A stretch of DNA of 39,701 bases from a virus (taxonomy: Duplodnaviria; Caudoviricetes), in the IMG/VR virus record IMGVR_UViG_3300030231_000303, positions 1 to 39,701 of that record; one strand, given 5' to 3'. Both the position numbers and the translations under genes were made by a program. Below are positions 36,506 to 39,701 of the stretch, piece by piece (the stretch's first letter is position 1; every line of letters starts with the position of its first letter). Below the pieces are notes generated by a model that worked only from the letters and a program-made list of their open reading frames with translations, was not told the origin of the DNA and searched no databases.

Positions 36506-36533
36506 AAAAAAAGGAGGGGATCAACCCCTCCTT
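36506..36533 (-). terminator. Intrinsic terminator after the DUF4278-like gene
   Basis: - strand AAGGAGGGG ttgat CCCCTCCTT followed by a T-run. Confidence 0.8.
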
Positions 36534-36537
36534 GATG

Positions 36538-36681
36538 TCAACTGCAGGCTCTTGCCTTGCTCTTGACTTTGATTCCACGATACATTAGATCGTGTCTGTT
36601 ACGCTTTTGTGATTCTTCAATCACTGCTGCGTTGTACTCTTCAGTGTCATATGCGACACCACGATAAGTGACTTGTGCCAT
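36538..36681 (-). CDS. DUF4278-like small protein
   Basis: Read by hand: MAQVTYRGVAYDTEEYNAAVIEESQKRNRHDLMYRGIKVKSKARACS (47 aa), with two YRG motifs and a TAGGAG RBS. Confidence 0.8.
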   Translation of the reverse strand: MAQVTYRGVAYDTEEYNAAVIEESQKRNRHDLMYRGIKVKSKARACS

Positions 36682-36715
36682 TGGGTTTCTCCTAAAGTAA
36701 TGGGCGGTTTAATGC

Positions 36716-36808
36716 CGTTCCTTCAGTCAACTTGTGCGTCCTCAAAGAGGATGAACGATTCCGTTCCGAGTCGGCTTACTTGCGACCCCTGTCGAAGGGG
36801 GTTGAACG
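36716..36808 (-). ncRNA. Tandem glutamine riboswitch aptamers (glnA/Downstream-peptide type)
   Basis: Two units closed by CGTTC...GAACG: CGTTCAACCCCCTTCGACAGGGGTCGCAAGTAAGCCGACTCGGAACG and CGTTCATCCTCTTTGAGGACGCACAAGTTGACTGAAGGAACG. They lie between a sigma70 promoter and a DUF4278-like ORF, the known context for this RNA class. Confidence 0.75.
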
Positions 36809-36816
36809 TTGTGTTA

Positions 36817-36845
36817 ATTCTAACACATGTATATTATATAGTCAA
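36817..36845 (-). promoter_or_regulatory. sigma70 promoter TTGACT-N17-TAGAAT (with TGn extension)
   Basis: The predicted TSS (~36810) falls just before the first aptamer. Confidence 0.7.
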
Positions 36846-36846
36846 G

Positions 36847-37296
36847 CTACCTATCTCTCCAATTTATTTCTTCACCAAATACCTGTTCAACTACACTACG
36901 TGTAATCTTATACTTACTCTGAAGGTCACCATCCTTTGCTAGACATACTATTTCTGCCTCATCAGCATGAAGTCCTTCAAGGAGTTGCATAAACAATGTC
37001 TCTCTTCTCATGTTTGAGAGTTTGTCATTACCACCTCTAACAAAATTGTATAGAGTTCTCCATTCATGTACAAGTCTTGTGTGACCTACTCCAGCAGGTG
37101 ACTCATTTATTTTATAAGGCACTGGTCCTTCAGGCATTGCACTGTCAATTCCTTTGTCAAAGTTCCAGATGAGAATCGCCTTCACATCGTCACGTTTGTA
37201 CTCTGCTAACAAGTCAACCTTTTGCTTGACTGTTTTCTTCCCATGTACTGCTCTAAAAATTTCAGATACTAAGGGATCTTTTGGTAATTTAGCCAT
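36847..37296 (-). CDS. Conserved T4-like hypothetical protein
   Basis: 149 aa: ILIWNFD....PEG.VPY...LYNFVRGGND.L...RRETLF.QLLEGLH..EAE, common in marine T4-like phages. Confidence 0.75.
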   Translation of the reverse strand: MAKLPKDPLVSEIFRAVHGKKTVKQKVDLLAEYKRDDVKAILIWNFDKGIDSAMPEGPVPYKINESPAGVGHTRLVHEWRTLYNFVRGGNDKLSNMRRETLFMQLLEGLHADEAEIVCLAKDGDLQSKYKITRSVVEQVFGEEINWRDR

Positions 37297-37298
37297 GA

Positions 37299-37511
37299 TT
37301 AATCATCATCAGTTTCGTTTAGTCCACCTTCAAATCTTATAGCAAGAAGTTCATCGGGTAGTGGGTTCCCATTCTCATCAAACATTTCAGGATGGGAGTA
37401 TTGTATTGTTGTGTCTTGTATATAGCCTCGAACAAGGTATCCAACTACAAGACCTAGACCTAGGGTAAGAAGTCCTACCATTATTGCCAGCACAATGATT
37501 GCTTGTTCCAT
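37299..37511 (-). CDS. DUF2973-like membrane protein
   Basis: TM helix plus HPEMFDENGNPLPDELLAIRF. The start is uncertain: ATG 37511 has a GGAG upstream, but the frame stays open to 37640. Confidence 0.6.
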   Translation of the reverse strand: MEQAIIVLAIMVGLLTLGLGLVVGYLVRGYIQDTTIQYSHPEMFDENGNPLPDELLAIRFEGGLNETDDD

Positions 37512-37594
37512 CTTACGTCTCCATTGTTTTTGTTGAAGTTGTTCCTTAGCCTTTGGATCCCTCAATAAAAGTTCAGCACCTTTATTTAGATCAC

Positions 37595-37831
37595 CTAAAT
37601 CAACTTTTTTTTCTGGAGGTATTGTAATGTTTCCTTGCATCCACCTATAGGCATGTTATCAATTTGTACTTGTGGGAACGTAGCACCTTCACCGAACTCT
37701 TTATAGAATGATTTCTTATCGAAGTGTTCACCGAATTTATATTCTGTAATTGTTATGTTAGTAGCAGTAAAGAGTTGCTTGACTCTATCACACCACTGAC
37801 AATTTTCTTTAGAATAAACTACTGCTTTCAT
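37595..37831 (-). CDS. nrdC: Glutaredoxin
   Basis: VYSKENCQWC (CxxC), TFPQV, IGGC. Confidence 0.85.
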   Translation of the reverse strand: MKAVVYSKENCQWCDRVKQLFTATNITITEYKFGEHFDKKSFYKEFGEGATFPQVQIDNMPIGGCKETLQYLQKKKLI

Positions 37832-37832
37832 T

Positions 37833-38015
37833 TTAGTACGGATAAGTTGTTGGAGGTTTTACAACTTCTACAAGTATAGTATCTAGGACTCTATGCATTG
37901 CTTTAGACATCAAACGATATCCTGTACCAACATAAAGTTGTCCTGCAACCACTGCTACAGTACAAACTCCCCAGAAGTAATAATAGAACCTACTCTTTTT
38001 TTGACGAGGTTTCAT
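37833..38015 (-). CDS. Small membrane hypothetical protein
   Basis: 60 aa: basic N-terminus, then FWGVCTVAVVAGQLYVG hydrophobic segment. Confidence 0.55.
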   Translation of the reverse strand: MKPRQKKSRFYYYFWGVCTVAVVAGQLYVGTGYRLMSKAMHRVLDTILVEVVKPPTTYPY

Positions 38016-38133
38016 CTTCTTTTATTTGTTTCCTTACCATCTTAGCATACTTTATCTCATCTGTCGTGTACCATTCTGGATGTTTCTTAGCTCTCTTCAA
38101 TAATTTCTTTGCTGCTTTCTTATCCTTCAACAT
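37990..38133 (-). CDS. Small basic hypothetical protein
   Basis: Read by hand: MLKDKKAAKKLLKRAKKHPEWYTTDEIKYAKMVRKQIKEDETSSKKE (47 aa). ATAAATA lies upstream at 38154-38160. Confidence 0.65.
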   Translation of the reverse strand: MLKDKKAAKKLLKRAKKHPEWYTTDEIKYAKMVRKQIKEDETSSKKE

Positions 38134-38166
38134 TTAGTCTACGTAGTACCTAGTATTTATTCCACT

Positions 38167-38193
38167 AAAAAAGACCCCTCATGGAGTCTTTTT
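38167..38193 (-). terminator. Probable intrinsic terminator
   Basis: AAAAGAC-cc...gg-GTCTTTT hairpin with flanking A/T runs, just downstream of 38215..38376. Confidence 0.55.
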
Positions 38194-38214
38194 ACGTTAG
38201 ATTTTTAATAGATT

Positions 38215-38376
38215 TTATCCTGTTAGAATTGATCTACACGCTCGCTCACCATGTGCTTGGTTTTCTAAATCGCAAAGGCATTCAATGTACTCTGACATCT
38301 GATTTGGTTCACTGAGTTCTCTGTCATTGATTTCCCAATAAGCCAATTGATTTTGCGAGATAAGATTGTGAGTCAT
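38215..38376 (-). CDS. Small Cys-containing hypothetical protein
   Basis: Read by hand: MTHNLISQNQLAYWEINDRELSEPNQMSEYIECLCDLENQAHGERACRSILTG (53 aa), with a strong GGAGG RBS. Confidence 0.7.
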   Translation of the reverse strand: MTHNLISQNQLAYWEINDRELSEPNQMSEYIECLCDLENQAHGERACRSILTG

Positions 38377-38408
38377 TCACATCCTCCGTGTTAGAACTGT
38401 TTGCTTGA

Positions 38409-38435
38409 TCACATAATATAGAAGTCTGGGTTCAT
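38409..38435 (-). other. Candidate leader uORF (MNPDFYIM*)
   Basis: AGGAGG 5 nt before the ATG, at the very 5' end of the predicted transcript. Confidence 0.4.
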
Positions 38436-38456
38436 CCTGACCTCCTAAGTTCTGTT

Positions 38457-38485
38457 ATTATATAGCACTAAAATGTGGTTGTCAA
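38457..38485 (-). promoter_or_regulatory. Perfect sigma70 promoter TTGACA-N17-TATAAT
   Basis: - strand TTGACA accacattttagtgcta TATAAT. Confidence 0.85.
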
Positions 38486-38511
38486 GACATTTACTTCACA
38501 ATAATTTATGC

Positions 38512-39462
38512 CTAGAGAGGTGTCAAATTTGCCAAGGTATTTTTCAATTCTAGATCAGCACTATGATCTTTTAGAACATTATAATTATACTCTAAAATAT
38601 CTAAAGGAACATGCACATCATCAAGAATAATATCCTCAATTGTTTTGACCAGAGCATCTCTCCTATCAGGCCACCAATCTATAGTGTCGTAAGATTCATC
38701 CCAATAATCAGAGAAAGTTTTGAATCCTAGGTCTCTCAATTTTTTCAAGACTCCCATCCTTCCAGCAATAACAAATCCCATCTTCAGTAGTATTGGTTTG
38801 AAAGTTTTTTCTGTGAGAAATACATGTCCATGATGATCATCACCTGCTACTGTTTCAGTGACCAACCAATACTCATAATCATATGACAAATCTTTAAAAA
38901 TATTCCATGCCTTATGTGTGTTTCCCTTTTGTTCAACATCATTGTGCCTGAAAATATATTTCATTTCACTTAATAATAATTCAGGAATTGAATGTTGTGG
39001 TGAGAGAACAAGTTCTCTATCTTTTATATACTGATACAATTCTCTTCTCCAAGGTCTATTCCTTCCGTTATAACAAATAAATTTCTTTGAAAATCTTTTC
39101 CATTGACTATGTAAATCAACCTCCCCTCTGTCTGGTGTCATCTCCTTTACAGCAGTAAGAAACATCTCCCAGTAAATATGATTCTTAACATATTTTTTAT
39201 CTTCAGTGTTGCTTGTAACCCAATACACATTATCATCATTACTATACTTGTTTCTAATATGTTTTAGTTCAGAATGTTCTTTTGTACAATCAAGAAAGAT
39301 ATAATTATCCTGTGTGTTATACCATCTAAGAATAGACTCAATATTCTCAGAGTTAATTGAATCTTCCAGGTTGAACCATAAAACATTCACATCATCTTTT
39401 ACATTAAGATGTTTTTGTTTTGCATAGATTGCTCTAGTTGATGGACTTACTATCTTTAGCAC
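38512..39462 (-). CDS. Hypothetical protein, glycosyltransferase (GT10/fucosyltransferase-like) C-terminal motif
   Basis: KKFICYNG..R.WR...LVTET......FLTEKTFKPILL...FVI.G....LKKLR.LGFKTF...WDESYD resembles the GT10-like Y.TEK motif; GTG start. Confidence 0.5.
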   Translation of the reverse strand: MLKIVSPSTRAIYAKQKHLNVKDDVNVLWFNLEDSINSENIESILRWYNTQDNYIFLDCTKEHSELKHIRNKYSNDDNVYWVTSNTEDKKYVKNHIYWEMFLTAVKEMTPDRGEVDLHSQWKRFSKKFICYNGRNRPWRRELYQYIKDRELVLSPQHSIPELLLSEMKYIFRHNDVEQKGNTHKAWNIFKDLSYDYEYWLVTETVAGDDHHGHVFLTEKTFKPILLKMGFVIAGRMGVLKKLRDLGFKTFSDYWDESYDTIDWWPDRRDALVKTIEDIILDDVHVPLDILEYNYNVLKDHSADLELKNTLANLTPL

Positions 39463-39491
39463 ACATCACACATCCAGACAGTCTATCTATG

Positions 39492-39560
39492 AAAAACCTA
39501 TAGACAAAAAAATACCCCGAAGTTTTTTTCGGGGTATCTATAAATCAAAAAGTGATTTTG
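39492..39560. repeat. Copy 2 of the ~70-nt intergenic element; probable psbA terminator
   Basis: AAAAACCTATAGACAAAAAAATACCCCGAAGTTTTTTTCGGGGT differs from 25086-25128 at about one position; it is followed by AAAAGTGATTTTG. Confidence 0.75.
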
Positions 39561-39563
39561 GTT

Positions 39564-39701
39564 TTAACCAACAGCAGGTGCAACAAGAGCAACTTCAGAT
39601 GAACCAGCAGATGCTAGGTCAAGTGGGAAGTTGTGAGCATTACGCTCGTGCATTACTTCCATACCAAGGTTTGCTCTGTTCAATACATCACCCCAAGTAG
39701 G
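39564..39701 (-). CDS. psbA: Photosystem II D1 protein, 3' end (auxiliary metabolic gene)
   Basis: Read by hand: [45 protein letters not shown], the D1 C-terminus. Confidence 0.97.
   Translation of the reverse strand, partial: PTWGDVLNRANLGMEVMHERNAHNFPLDLASAGSSEVALVAPAVG

Noticed and set aside
36673-36942. 89-aa + strand ORF
   Set aside because: It is antisense to the riboswitch and promoter and overlaps two - strand genes.
1-39701. tRNA genes, introns, inteins or homing endonucleases
   Set aside because: No cloverleaf with a T-loop, and no HNH, GIY-YIG, LAGLIDADG or intein motif was recognised by eye; a tRNAscan-SE/Pfam run would be needed to exclude them fully.

Overview
A segment of a T4-like (myovirus) marine cyanophage genome. 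The host is most likely Prochlorococcus, judging from the Prochlorococcus-type psbA C-terminus ([12 protein letters not shown]). 1-21947 (- strand) is a late structural region: tail fibre/virion proteins, a gp5-like cluster, gp27-like hub, two tape-measure-like genes, gp51, gp26 and gp54, with a CP12-like gene embedded in it. 21985-25084 (+ strand) holds gp4, gp2, gp48 and gp53. 25162-39701 (- strand) holds gp32, gp59, gp33, an exonuclease, PhoH, ThyX, glutaredoxin and the 3' end of psbA. The most striking feature is a set of modification-type enzymes inserted among these core genes: a carbamoyltransferase split into TWO Kae1-like N-terminal genes plus ONE YrdC-like C-terminal gene, two paralogous radical SAM proteins, a ParB-like protein, an SGNH-like protein and a GT10-like protein. 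Together they suggest an uncharacterised modification pathway. Non-coding highlights are a tandem glutamine (glnA-type) riboswitch upstream of a DUF4278-like peptide, a consensus sigma70 promoter driving an 8-codon uORF/hairpin leader, and a ~70-nt intergenic element repeated three times. All family assignments come from motif recognition by eye; no database searches were run.
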